Assembly (NCBI GenBank): GCA_023213395.1
Contig: CM041465.1
Location: forward strand, 101,873,741 to 101,937,740
Direction of reading: 5' to 3'
DNA from: Cycas panzhihuaensis
Taxonomy: Eukaryota; Plantae; Cycadophyta
Length of the DNA: 64,000 nucleotides
Below, in pieces: positions 51,211-64,000 of the stretch. The notes below the pieces were generated by a model. That model did not search any database. It saw nothing but the letters and a program-made list of their open reading frames with translations, and was not told the DNA's origin. Both the position numbers and the translations under genes were made by a program. Each line of letters opens with the position of its first letter. Positions within the stretch are counted from its first letter, which is position 1.

Positions 51211-54200
51211 TGTTAGATTTTTGCATAATATTAATCAGAATAAGATGAACATGATAAAACACTATATAAAAATACCTGGATCAAAAAATATTTCTATTGT
51301 ATTAATAGAGTAAAATAATGATTCAAAATGATCTCATATGATGTGAGAGATATCTAAATACTAACATGATGATATCTTTATATATTATAAACTTATGTTT
51401 ATGAGGGACTTACCACCTTTTGGTTTACTTGGTTAAATATGCATTACTTAGTGAAATATAGATTACTTGGTCAAATGTATATTACCTAGATAACTATGCA
51501 TAATACATTATTATTCTAATATAGTCCGTTAATACACATTTCAATACTCCCTTTTAATATATATTTGAGAAATTAGATATTATTTTTGAATTTACAATAT
51601 CTCATCTTTGGAAATGTCTTGAAGATGATGTCTTCAACTCAATCTTTAATTTTAATCCTATAATAATGTATTTGTTATAATAGTTTTTAAATGTAACGAT
51701 CCTTAAACTTGACATTCTTTATTTTGGAGTGCAAATTTAGGTTCTTTATCATATAAAATATATAATAAATCATAGTTGACCCAATTTAATTTTATTGTAG
51801 ATCATATAGGCAATTCTATAGGTAACCATCTTTATGAATGCTAATAACATCTTGAAATTCAAAATGTACATCGAGCAAGTCTTCAGTCATAATGAGTAAA
51901 ACATTAATAGAAGAATCAACACTATTAGTATCATTTATAAAATAAGTATCAACATCTTGTATGAATTCTTCTTCTTGATCAACATATCTAACAACAATTG
52001 TTTTAGCTTTTGGAATAGAATCTTCAGCTTTTTTAGTAGGTTCTTTAATTTGATTTATAAATTCTCTTCTTTGTATCTACTTTCGAATGTAATAATGATG
52101 TTTAATCTTAATATGGTTTATTCTTCTTTGTAAGACTAGATTTTTCATTACTTATATAATGTTTTATATATTGTAGGAGATCATGGTAGATTCTTTCCAA
52201 CTTTGATGTAGTTATTACAATATCTTTATTAGAACATTTATTCCATAAACTTCTACTTCAACCATTTTGAATTTAACTTAGGTTAGATTAGACATATTAG
52301 TAATCTATATACTTTCATCATTTTGCAATTTTCTCCCATCATTTGGATAATTCATACTTGAATCAATACTCAAAATAGGAACATTACTTAAACTTGAATC
52401 AATGGATAGAAATAAATCACCATACTTATCTTCAACAAGACTATCATATTCATATTTAATCTCCTTTAAAATACTAGGACCATCTATAGAAATAAGTAAT
52501 AAATCTTCCACATCTTGAATTATTTCTTTAATAATTTTATTTTAAATTTTTTACCATAATTATTAATAGGCAGTTCAATAATTTCATCATACTGAACATG
52601 CTCAGTAATGTTAAATTTTCCACACGGAGAGTATTCAACATTAACATAAATCAACAAGATTAATGAACAAGCAATAACTATATTAACTCAATTCACGGAT
52701 GGTTACATTAGAATATTATTGTCCCACATACTCAACATGAGTCTCATTGATGACTTGATCCATATTCTACCTCACTTATCTATATATACAACATAGATAG
52801 GAGTACAAAGGTGAGATGAGTTACATGTAGGATAAATGACCTTTACCCTTTTAGTAACTCTTCACCTACTAACTGACCAATGACCTTCTAACTTCTCACA
52901 TAACTACACTGTAATATATGATCCTTAGACCCCTAACATAATACTTAGGACTATATATTAATGACCCTAAGACATAACTTATACTTGAATACATTAAACA
53001 TTTACATATTAAGCATTATCTTCCAACATCTCTCCTTAATGTTTAATGTTAAGACTATAAAAATTGACTACCAAAAATAATATGACACTTACTACAAAGG
53101 ACTGACAACAAAACTGACACAAACTAATATAGGACTTGACTTGAATTTCTAATGCCTAAGTTTAGAAATCTTGTTGAAGACGATGTCATAAGCTCAATCT
53201 TCAATTGGAATGCAACAAGGCTTGTATGACATGTTTGCTTCTTGCTTGGAGACTGCTCCTATATCTGATTACATTAAATGCATGTGTGATTACTTTCTAA
53301 GATCAACATGTGATTTGAAATCCAAGACTTTCATGGAGAGAAAGAATTCCTCCTTATTTATCCCCAAGACAACAAGCTAATAAACATTATTATAAAGGGA
53401 AAGGAGAGACAATGGTTTATTCCCTATCTCCACCTGTGCAAGTACTTGTCCTGAACTAATAAAATACTCCATTTTTTTTCATAATTTAAGAGATCTTTTG
53501 TTGTACTAGATGTGATATAGATTTCTGTTACGATCACATGAACATACCTCTCAATTATAATTACATAAAAATAGTATGATATCTTAACATAATTGCCTTT
53601 CTTGACTAAGTAATCTACCCAAACTATACAATAATCTTAGTGGACAAGATTTTGATCAATTGATACTTCAACTATGTTCTTCCTTCTTTTGAATGAATCT
53701 TATAGTACTAGTATAAGATATATTAATATAACTTGAATTCTTTCAAGTGCAAGCACAGAAAAACCTACCATGTTTAATGTAATCATATAAAGTCTTATGT
53801 ACATGCATAAAACTATGTGACTTGATATCATATGGATCTTGATAACAAATTCATCACCATAAATTAAGGTGATATCATCTAAACTTTCCATCAAGGTAGT
53901 TGCATCCACTTTCAGGTTTTTCATCCTTCATCTTTTCAGTAATTTCCAATGTAATATTTCTTATCAACATGTTGAGGCTTAAGGTATTTGGTAAGATAAT
54001 AGTCTTCTCAATCTTTAAATCTTTATTTTTATTATTTTCCTCAGATTTCAACTGAAAATCATCAAGCCTATTTTCATAAATAGGTTCATGCAACTCTTCA
54101 TCCACTTCATGAATGCCAGATGAGTCTATGTGAGAACTGATTTTATTAGAATCAACCTGATTCTCCCTTTTTGCTTTTCTTTTTAGCTTCTTTTTCTAGT

Positions 54201-57200
54201 TTTTAGTATTTTTAATAGTCTTATTTACTTCTTCAAGGCCTTTTTCATACACTTCTCTCAATAAATTCTATGCCTATTTAGTTGAGACAATATTTTGAAG
54301 TATATGAATAAGAAATTAGTAAGAAGGATGAAAGTTTTTCTTGTCAAAAGTTGCAAGCATCACATCAATAACTATTTTATTCTTCTTTTTGAAATTTCCC
54401 TCCCCTTCTTCATTAATTAATGTAGAACCATTAAGAATAATTTCCTATAGATTTTTAAACATAAATATACATTCCATTTTGATTCTCCATATTTGAAAGT
54501 TGGTTTTGATATATTTGGGCAAGGCTATATTACTACCAGTTATTCAAAAACCATTCTTTTCTGGTATAAAAATAATATCACTCAACTCCATGATGCACAA
54601 ATATACCCACTTCAACCTAAAATAAATCTATCAAAATAGTAGAAAATTATGTCAAATTATATATCAACATACCTGTCTTTGAAGTACAGTTCCAACACCT
54701 CAGACCATTTTGAAAACAAATGCCTATATGAGAAGATATTACAAAAACTATATAGAGACCTCCTTAAGCACCAAAAACTCAAGAAGGGTAGCCTTAAGCC
54801 CCTGGTTATTAAGACTCACCATGTAACCACTTGCTAAGCTAAAGAGGGCTAATAGATCTTAAATGATATTTCAATCTTATTAAATCAAATTTTGACCTCA
54901 CAAAAAATTATTGAATCCACCCTATCAGATTTAAGATCTACAGATTTCAAAAAAGGCTTCAAATTTTGTTAAATTTATCTTATTATCCCTATTATAGAAA
55001 TTAAATCTTTGTATGATTAATTTATCTGTATGGTCAATGATGAACTGCTCTGCAAAATAAAATTTAATTGTAGAGATGGTTCAATTAGTAAATATTCACA
55101 TGGTGACCTTTGCCATGGTCGCGTGGCTTGTGGGGCCTATCTCTTTCATCTTGCATTTCAATATTACAACTTATACTTATATTGCTTGACCTATATGAAT
55201 ATCCAATAATTGGTTGCCAGGTTATAGAGCTAGGGTTTTTTATATTGTAAAGATTTTATAGTATTTAGATAGTATGAAGATTTAAATTTGATGATGTTGG
55301 TGTTGCAGAAGATGAAGAGGGTGAAGATGGAACCAAACTAGTGGATGAAGCTTCTAGTGAGCTTGATATTTAGGAAAATAATGATAATGTAGAAGATGAG
55401 AAAGACAAGCTCAATGTAAAGTAGGAATGGGTTAGATATCAAATAGAGATACAAATATAATTACATAGACTCCATGCTTCCACTGTGCACTTTATAAATA
55501 GACCATAGATATATGATTGAACTGTTAGTATTAGGTGCTCATCATCACGGTGGGTAGATTATCAATAATTGCGACTATTTTTTCTTTCATGCAAAAAATT
55601 GATGGAAGCAGGTACTAGACTTGACCCTTTTCCTTACCATGATATGCTTTTTCTTAGTATTTTTTTGCTTTCCTTCAAGGGTTTTGAGCTTTCCCTTCCT
55701 TAATAGTTATTAAGTTTAAATAACCTACTTCCATTCTAGATAATATTTCGTAATCTGTTGTTAATGGTCATGGCCATAAAAGGGATGTCATCAATTGGGA
55801 GCTTGTAATTAGTCACTATATAAGGCTTCTTATTGTGAATGGTAGCTCAGAAGCAAGACTTAACACACATAGGTAAATTTAGAGGACCATTTAGAAGATC
55901 TTCACTGATGCATAGACATAATAATTAACCAAACCAAATAGACTGGGTAAATAGAGAGAACGAATCTGATAATATGAAATGGCCTTCAACGATGTCAACC
56001 TCTCCTTCTCTCATCACAAACACAATGAATCGATAATGTTTAGGGTTTCTACTTTCCTAGTTGTTGGCAAATACCTTTATAAACTAATAATCTTTAAATC
56101 TTTAATTTTTATTAACAAATAGATTTCTATAAACATGCCATGCTTCATACATAATAAATATTATATGGACATAACAAACAACCTCCAAATATCAAACATT
56201 TAGATAAATTCATATGTCATTATTTCTCCATATATAGCGGCTTCAATTTCATATTAATTTTCTTTATAGGGTAAACCCTAACACATGGATACTTCACATA
56301 ACAAAATAAAAGAGTGATATTACCTAGTAAAATTCTATCTTGGATCAATACTTGGCATAATATGCAATAATGGTAGCCTTAGGATTTCATCTTTCCAAAA
56401 GGAACTTCAACCTAGAACTCGACTCTATAGATCCTCCTCCACACATCGACAAAATGATGAAGCTACACAGAGATGATCTTGGCAAGTAACCCACTCTCAA
56501 ATAGGCAGGCAAACCTGCTCTAATACCATTTTAGAGTTTCTACATATAGAGCATTCAAAATCAACACAAATTAACAAGATCAATGAACAAGTAATAACTG
56601 TATTAACTCAACTCATAAATGATTACATTATAATACTATTGCACCACAAACTCAACATAAGTCTCAATTATGACGTGATCCCTATTTTACCTCACCTGTC
56701 TATATATACAACATAGATAAGAATACAAAGGTGAGATGAGCTACATTTGGGACAAGTAACATTTAACCTTCTAGTGACTCTTTACCTACTAATTGACCAA
56801 TGACCTTCTAACTTCTCATATAACCACACTATAATATATGACCTTGAGACCCTAACATAATACTTAGCATACTTGAATATATTAAATATTTACATATTAA
56901 ACATTATCTTCCAACAAGTAATAAGTTTATCATTCTTAACATTCTTAATAGTAGTAGCAGTTTCATAAATTATCTCAACAATAATGCATTTAGTAGCAGT
57001 ATATTCAAAAATAGATTTTTTACATTTAAAAGTAGCTTTATTAATACCCATACTTTCTTCATCATTTTTACCTAGTTTCAAATTATTTATTACATGTATA
57101 TTGGTCATTCAACTTTGGACCAAATTTTTCCTTTGGGATATTCTATGTTTTATATGATATACAAATTGGTTCTTGAACACTATCATGGTTGTACGATATG

Positions 57201-58020
57201 TGTCTGTCTCTAGAGTACAATGAATCTAATTAAGTACATAAGCATCTTTCTTCTGAAGTTCTGGTATTGGATATGTACATCCTTCAAAAATAATATCCCA
57301 TCACTTAAAAGGAGTAAAAACATATCTTAATTCCCTTGACCATTCTAAGTAATTTTCTACAGTTAATACAACCAAACCCATCTTTGCTAATGAAGATCAA
57401 CTATAGTAGGTGCAAAAATTAACAATGAATATAAGCAAGCAAATCACATAATACTTAATATTTCATCCTTCATATGTTATGCTTTTAGGACCTCCTTTTA
57501 TCTCATTGTCCTTGAAAGGATTCATACTATTCATGTGATTGCTTTTAAATAAAATTACTTTTGTAACATACTTCTAGGGTCTAGGGTTTAAACATGACTT
57601 CCCCTAGGATCAATAAATTGATAGAAATAAAGAAAACTTGCTTATAATTTTCTTATATGACTCAAAATAATGCTTTAAATTTAAATTAAAATATCTCTAT
57701 TAAGATAGTATCAAATTACTTCAATTCATAATTAATGATGAAATAATATGAATCAAGATTTCAATAGATTAGACTATTCAAAGAATAGACTCCTAGAACT
57801 CAAGATATTAATGAAAACACATAAGTACCTTTTTGGAAAAAAATAATACTAGGTGAATTAGGGTTTTAGCCCTTCTTATAAGTGGGTTTCCAGTTATATG
57901 GACACTCTACATGACTAGGTATTAACAAAAACGAGGCTAATGGACCTCAAAACAAATTATAATATGGATAAATTTCTAAAAACTTAAAAAAAAAAAAAAG
58001 ATGCCTTAGGTAAAAAAATC
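51211..58020 (-). mobile_element. Copia-derived non-autonomous element I (gag N-terminus plus RNase H remnants; contains J; 5' LTR outside the window)
   Basis: Probable 3' LTR tgttag...tcaata at 51211-51546, then PPT ctccc. RNase H-like 'KNLNLHSKIKNVK...EDIIFKTFP'. Gag 'LTVENYLEWS...WDIIFEG' near 57280-57380. Confidence 0.65.
52609..56916 (-). mobile_element. Copia-derived non-autonomous element J (4.3 kb)
   Basis: LTRs 52609-53028 and 56529-56916. Perfect TSD agtaa. PBS gctctaatacca at 56517-56528. PPT tctctcctt. Gag 'TNFQIWRIKME' near 54470-54520. No RT core found. Confidence 0.92.
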
Positions 58021-59941
58021 TTGTCCCTTTGTAATTAATTGATGACAATGCATGGAATAAGTATAAAATTTCATTATAAATTATAAATAATCAATAATAA
58101 AATATATTAAGTGGTAGTTACTAAGTTAATAGTACTGTGGTTTAACTAAAGTGATTAAGCGAAAAGGTGTGAGTTCTTTGAAGGGTCACAACCTTAATTA
58201 GGTGACATCTGTTAGAAAAGTATAAAAGCCTTAAGCCTTAGTGTATTCTATGTATCAAATCATTGTGAAATAACCAATGTGATCCAGAAGGATCCTTTGT
58301 GGTGGATTTTTTACCAAAAGGATTTTCCCATATAAATCCTATATATTGTGCATTTATATTTTGTGTGTATTTTTATTTACTTGTGTATGGTTAAAGATTC
58401 TGTGGATGGGAATATACCTATATGATTTCATATTCTGAAACATGGTATCAGAGTTATAGGGTCCTACATAGCCGAAGCCTAATGTTGAGCAAAGTAGTTA
58501 GATCATTGGTTATATGGTGAAGCCGTTAAACCCAGGACATGTCATGAGGGTCCATCATCTCTAACAACGTGCAGAAGTAGGCACAACATATCAATGGTGG
58601 TTGAAGCAGTGAAAATTGCTATTCAATGAAGTATAAGGGTCCATTAAAGTCAATAATCAGGAATAAAGGCCATGGTTATGGTGTGAGTTAGCTCGTTGGG
58701 GGCCATCTGAAGTAGGTTGATGATTTGTAAGGTTGATTCAAACTAGTGGAGCATATACTGATGGTGATTTAGTGACTATGAGGATAGCCATGCCTGTATA
58801 CATGTAAGCCCATTATACTTCTCATTAAAATATAATAAAAATTGATGAAATAAGCCTAGTTTTGGGTACTACTTGTTATTAAATCTCTTTGTAGCACCTA
58901 TGGACATGATTGGAGCCTATATTGGTTGTTTCTATCTAAATATAAGTGTTGGAATGAGTTTACAGTAGTAGAAGGTTATTTTATTAAATTTTTTTTGTAT
59001 TTATGAGAATATTAGAGACTCATGTACATGAATTAAGCTTAGAACAACCATATTGAGGTTGGTTGGGTGCTTATTAACATGGTTGGACATGTTTGAGAGC
59101 TACCTAGGCTATTTTTATGGTGTTTTAGCTCCCTTAAGAGCTAGTTGGGTGTTATTTATGATGATTAGACACTTATGTATGGTGGATGGTTTGTATTTGT
59201 ATTGGTTGGGGGTGTGATTACACTAGTTGGGTGCTTATCCACATGGTTGGGCTCTTTTAGGACATGGTTGGATTGAAATCATGCCATGAATTAGCCATAT
59301 GGAGAGTGCAGGTCTAAGTAATTAAGCACTGGTTCGATTGAATGTGCGCAGATCGTATATATTTTATAGTTGTTACACCCCTATATATCACACACATGAC
59401 TTTTTGAAGTCATCATTTAATGGTTATTACTAAGATTATACTTAGTAATTAATCTTATACCTTGTGTCTTTTATTTTTCAACATGTGCATTTAAGTTAAA
59501 AGGCATGAGGTATATGAAAAGCTACAAACTTTGAGAATATACATTTTGGTATATCCCCCATGAATTAAACTTAATAAAAGTGACCCTTAGACTATTGAAA
59601 TATCACATTATTGCATAGTGTGAAGTATTTAGAGCCCTCTTAAGCCATTTTGAGTACAAATCAGGGAGATTTTTTTGTGTTTGGTATTTTTGCCTTGTAG
59701 ATCCATCTTTAGCTCTTAGAGCATTTTTTAAGTGACTTGAGGGTTATTTTTTTATACTTTTGAGGTCATTTAAGGGCATTTGTTAGCCATTTATGAGGGA
59801 AAATAATTAGTGACTCACTTAACATGTACATAGTCGATGTCTGGTGCCTTTAGGAGCGTACCCTTAAGCTAAAGGAGGACATAGGGGTGTATTTTTATCC
59901 AAAAGACAATTGTTTTACTGTCATTTGATGCATATTGAAGC

Positions 59942-60475
59942 ATGTTTCTTGAGATAGAGTACCTTATGCTAAAGGTTATCTTCAATGGTAATAATTTTAG
60001 CGAGTGGAAGGCCAATATGGAGCTTATTCTAATGGTGAATCAACTATGGGGTATCATTAAGGCTAAGGTGGATGTAATTTTGATAGACCATAAAGAGTAT
60101 ATTCGACCTGAGGAGAAGAAATTCATGGCTATGGAATTGTTGAAACTATCACTGGCACTAGACTAAAGAGCCTTGGTTCATAATCTAGATGAAATATGGA
60201 TAAAATTATGTGATATGTTTGAGAAAAAGAAGACGAATAAACATCTTGCCTTGATGTTAGATTTACTGAATTTGTGTATAGAAGATGAGAACAACATCAG
60301 CTTCTTCCTAAATAAAATTATAAACTTGAAGAACAAGCTAGAAGAACTGAAGTAGAACTTGATCGATGATGCATTGCTATTCATAATTATCATGTCAAAA
60401 CTGCAAGCTATAATTGCCACTTTTTAGACCATTTATGATAGAGATAATGTGATGGAGATAAAACCTTTGATGGGC
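59942..60475 (+). pseudogene. K gag N-half joined by an internal deletion to part of the protease
   Basis: 'FNGNNFSEWKANMELIL...LWGII', then 'VMEIKPLMG' before L. Confidence 0.8.
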
Positions 60476-63356
60476 TTAACATGTTGTAATCATCATTCAA
60501 TTCTTATCAATCAATAGTCGTCCTTAAGATGCTTCCTAGGAGTCCTTTGATTTTATCAGGCTTCATCCTAAATTGAGAAATGAGAGTTTTGTGGGTGAAA
60601 CCTCTTAAGAAGGAGGAATTATTATGAACTTCTTTAAGGGATAATTAATCAATCATATTAATCAAAGGGTTGTATTCAATAGATGTGACTTGAAGGAGGA
60701 CTAGATCGAGCATAATGAGGAATATAGGATATTATTCTTGCTTTCCGTAATTCGTTAATATTTCCTTCCTATATTTTGGCAAGTTATATTACCTTATTCA
60801 GATCCTGAGGTTCTTGAATTTTAGCGTTTGATTGGATTTCAATGGTTAATCCATATATATATAATTGGATAAGTCGATTCGTAGGAATGTTTTCTAAAAC
60901 ATAACTTAATTTTGTGAATGCTACATTGTATTCTTCTATAGAGCAAGTTTGTTTTAATCTTCATAACTCATAATAATAATCACAATTAGATATAGTTTCA
61001 AATTGTTTGATGAATAAATTCACAAACTCTTTCTAGGTTAGAAGTTGAGTTTAAAAAGAAGTTCGTTCGAGACACTGTCACCATTCACATGTTATTCCAT
61101 CCATGTACAGGGTGGCTAATGGGACTTGCTTTATTGGTTTAATCTCCACTCAGTGAAAGTAGTTTTCCATTTGTTAGATCCACACTCTCGGATCATGTGA
61201 ATTTTGATCTATACAAAAATGGTGTATAGTAATTTTTTTCTAGCTTTTTCTTTTTTTGTGTTTGAATACTTTATAGGCTATTGAAGTATGCTTAAAAACC
61301 CACTATCTTCTATTCCTCAAGAGTTAAATTTTAATATTCATTAAGGTATTTTTTGATATCTTTATTTTTAAAATTAATTGGAGATATCTGAGGTCCCAAT
61401 TGATTTCTTGTAATTTGATGTTGGATATATGATTGACAACTCATTGCTTCCTCTTTTAAATCTAGAATAATCATATCCTCCTTTCTACTTCTTGCTATGA
61501 TTGTTAGTTTATCCAAGATTTGGTGTAAAGTATGATTCAAGAGGGCATTTGATGTCTGGACTGCATTGTGGACTACTTGAGTAATTAGTTCGATGATATC
61601 TTTTTGAACGGTGTTGTTTGTCTAGGTGTGACTCCACTGACTAGCCTTCGTAGTCAAAAACTTATAACTTTGTCAGTTTATTTGAAGTTGATATTTAATC
61701 AGGCAATTATAACCCTATTCCCCCTGATGGTGTGTCAAATTCTAAATTGTACCTAATAGCTTAATGATAAATAAAAAAGAAAAATCAATTTGACTATAAG
61801 AGGATATAGACGATAAGAAATTGATAACTTATAAAAATAAATACTAAGAGCTAGATATTTGACCTTATTAAAGTAATAAATGAAATCTTATAGGTACTAA
61901 TAATTGAATGTTTTATTTGATTTGTTTCAAGGAGGTAATGAAAGATTTAACTTAGTAATAAACTTATCTAAATAACTTCTTAATTAGTATACATGTATAT
62001 ATGGTATTGATATAATATTAGAATCTTACTATGCTAAACAACGTAAATTAGATTATGATATTAATAAGGTAAATATATATAATATGTGAATAAAAATAAC
62101 TTATAGATAATTTAATAGATAAGATTAATATTGAAAAGTGAATGTACAAAAAAATATTGAAGATATAATTGAAACGTTGTAAGTATTAAACCAATTATGA
62201 TGTACAGAATACGATAATGTTAAAATAGGAGGATCTAACAACATATACAGTACTTATATTATAATGTATTAAATATACACTATTAAGTATATAATATTAT
62301 TTAGATTATAACGAAATATAATATATAACTTTATAACAGTAATAATACAATTAAATTATAATGTATATTATAAATATTATTAATATCTATAATATATATT
62401 TATAATATTTATAATATAATATATAATAGATACTATTAATATCTACATCTACAGGAACAATAGGCCAAAATTAATACAATGAAAGTATTAGTATTGCACA
62501 GCTATCATCAACTTCCAGATCTTGAGTTTACTATGCAAACTACGTTCAACACCGTCATTGGAGATTTGCTACACAAACTGCATTTAACAATGTCGTTGGA
62601 AGGACACATGAATGAATGGCACAAACTTTGAGATAGATGACAAAATTAAGTAAGAACCAAGCAGTGTGTAGGCAAGTATGAGACATGATGAGATGCAAAA
62701 ATGAACCGTATGTGAGGACTGACAAGGATGCAGATTGTAAGGATGTAGGGGAAGATTGATTGGTAAATGACAGTACTCAAGAGAATTAACCCCACAAGGC
62801 CCACAAGACTGAATAACATAATGTAGGCAAAATAATAGATTAGGACATTAAACAGCTTCAAACCAACCCAACTGAAGGCAAATCTATAGATGTCTTTAGT
62901 CTTGAGTTTGTGGCAACTGATACTAATCAATGTTTGCATGCAGGGTCTAGTATATTGACTACAATAACTCTCTAAATAATGAAATAAAGGAAGATGTGAG
63001 AGAGAAATGGAGGAAGATATTTATACTTGAATGAATGAGAGTGGCTACTAGCTTGTAAAGGTCATGAGAACATAAAACACTTAAATGTATAGTAAGGAAT
63101 TCCTACTCTAATACCAATTGTTACAGACTAATTCTATAATTGAAGAATAGAGCCAAATAGACAAGCACTCTTGCATGTATTAAATAGTAAAAGAGTTAAT
63201 TGATATTAATTAATAAGAATTGAAAGACGATTACAACATGTTGATAATCCTATTCATAGGTATATTGAGCCCTTTTGTCATCACAAGTCACATATGTTAA
63301 ACATAACCCTTTGAGTAAGGTGATTGATTAATTATCCCTTAAGAAAGTTCATAACA
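60476..63356 (-). mobile_element. Truncated, rearranged gypsy chromovirus L inserted in the K protease
   Basis: 5' LTR 63119-63356 (tgtta...taaca). PBS actctaatacca at 63105-63116. Retrotrans_gag motifs at 60693-61650 ('DPRVWI*QMENYF', 'LKQTCSIEEYNVAF'). 3' pieces are inverted. Confidence 0.85.
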
Positions 63357-64000
63357 TATACTATGTACCCAAAATGCAGTTAAACCTTCTTTTAACCTAG
63401 GAAATTTATAAATAAGGCATGAAGGTGGAGCTTTACAATGATAAATTCTTGATTAAGGATCCAAAGTAAAACTTCTCAGTCATCACTACTAGAAAAGTCA
63501 AGGACAACTTCTAGGTGTTTGAAAATTTTCAATCTTAGAAGAAGTCTTATGCCTTTATTAATAGTGCTGATGACGTGAGTAAACTTTAGCATAATCTCCT
63601 AGGACACCTTAACTATAGGAGCATTACACTACTAAAGAAGTTGAAGATGATAGAAGGATTACCATCATTTTCCTACTTAGATGGTGTTTGTGAAGGGTGT
63701 ATGTATGGCAAGCATCATTGCTATCCTTTTGCTTGAGAGAATGCATGGAGAGCTAAGGAGAAGTTAGAGCTTGTATATTTAGATATAATAGGACCACTCC
63801 CTAACCCTTATATATTAAGAGCTCGATACACCCTTATATATATAGATGATTATACCAAGAAGGCATGGGTTTGCTTTCTCAAAAATAAGTCAAATGTGTT
63901 TGATTACTTCTGTGACTAGAAAGCGATTATAGAAAATGAATATGATAAAAAGATTAAGTCATTAACAAGTGATAATAGCAAAGAATATAACAATCATGCA
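63357..64000 (+). pseudogene. K protease end, GAG-pre-integrase and integrase
   Basis: 'YYVPKMQLNLL', 'LGHLNY', 'CEGCMYGKHH', 'LELVYLDIIGP', 'IDDYTKKAWVCFLK', 'LTSDN'. Confidence 0.92.

Larger units (their letters stand above)
58030..64000 (+). mobile_element. Ty1/copia element K, 5' part (runs off the window; contains L)
   Basis: LTR ends at 58442 followed by PBS tggtatcagag; the LTR start is approximate. Gag at 59942. Integrase at the window end. Confidence 0.88.

Noticed and set aside
57570-57870. TAGGGTTT/AAACCCTA telomere-like words here and in other leaders
   Set aside because: They are isolated single words, not arrays, and are common in plant LTR leaders.
61750-62450. Extremely AT-rich block as an organellar insert or origin
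   Set aside because: It sits between the PBS and gag of L like the AT-rich leader halves of the other elements, and has no organellar gene motifs.
60620-63356. Inverted repeats as TIRs of a DNA transposon or MITE
   Set aside because: The repeats are LTR sequence flanked by PBS/PPT and enclose a gypsy gag. There is no transposase and no TSD.

Overview
AT-rich, CpG-depleted plant intergenic DNA (gymnosperm-like; this is an inference from composition and the old, heavily decayed elements). I see no host gene, RNA gene or intact ORF. The window is one nested stack of dead retrotransposons, and most boundaries were resolved by eye from LTR pairs, PBS/PPT and target-site duplications (TSDs). A very old Ty3/gypsy element (Z) survives as four pieces (about 330-1803, 16660-17242, 23235-23411, 39339-39358) whose protease/RT motifs rejoin once the inserts are removed. 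Z carries four insertions. (1) Copia A (1804-16659), which holds copia B (5701-13353) and solo LTR C (14134-15043). (2) Copia D (17243-23234, minus). (3) Non-coding LTR element E (23412-39338, minus), which holds copia F (25040-32196) and a full-length L1 LINE G (33116-39149). (4) A probable element M (from about 39359), which holds Athila/Tat-like gypsy H (40827-50759) and the gag-only-like element I; I holds J (52609-56916) and copia K (from about 58030), and K holds the rearranged chromovirus L (60476-63356). The most interesting signals are non-coding: structured leader motifs shared between elements with unrelated LTRs and kept by non-coding E, repeated TGCA-loop hairpins, and a fixed-spacer CATTCC-N6-GGAATG palindrome array in H. 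Also notable are mosaic gag/RNase H non-autonomous elements and a double micro-inversion in L. All alignments and translations were done manually.
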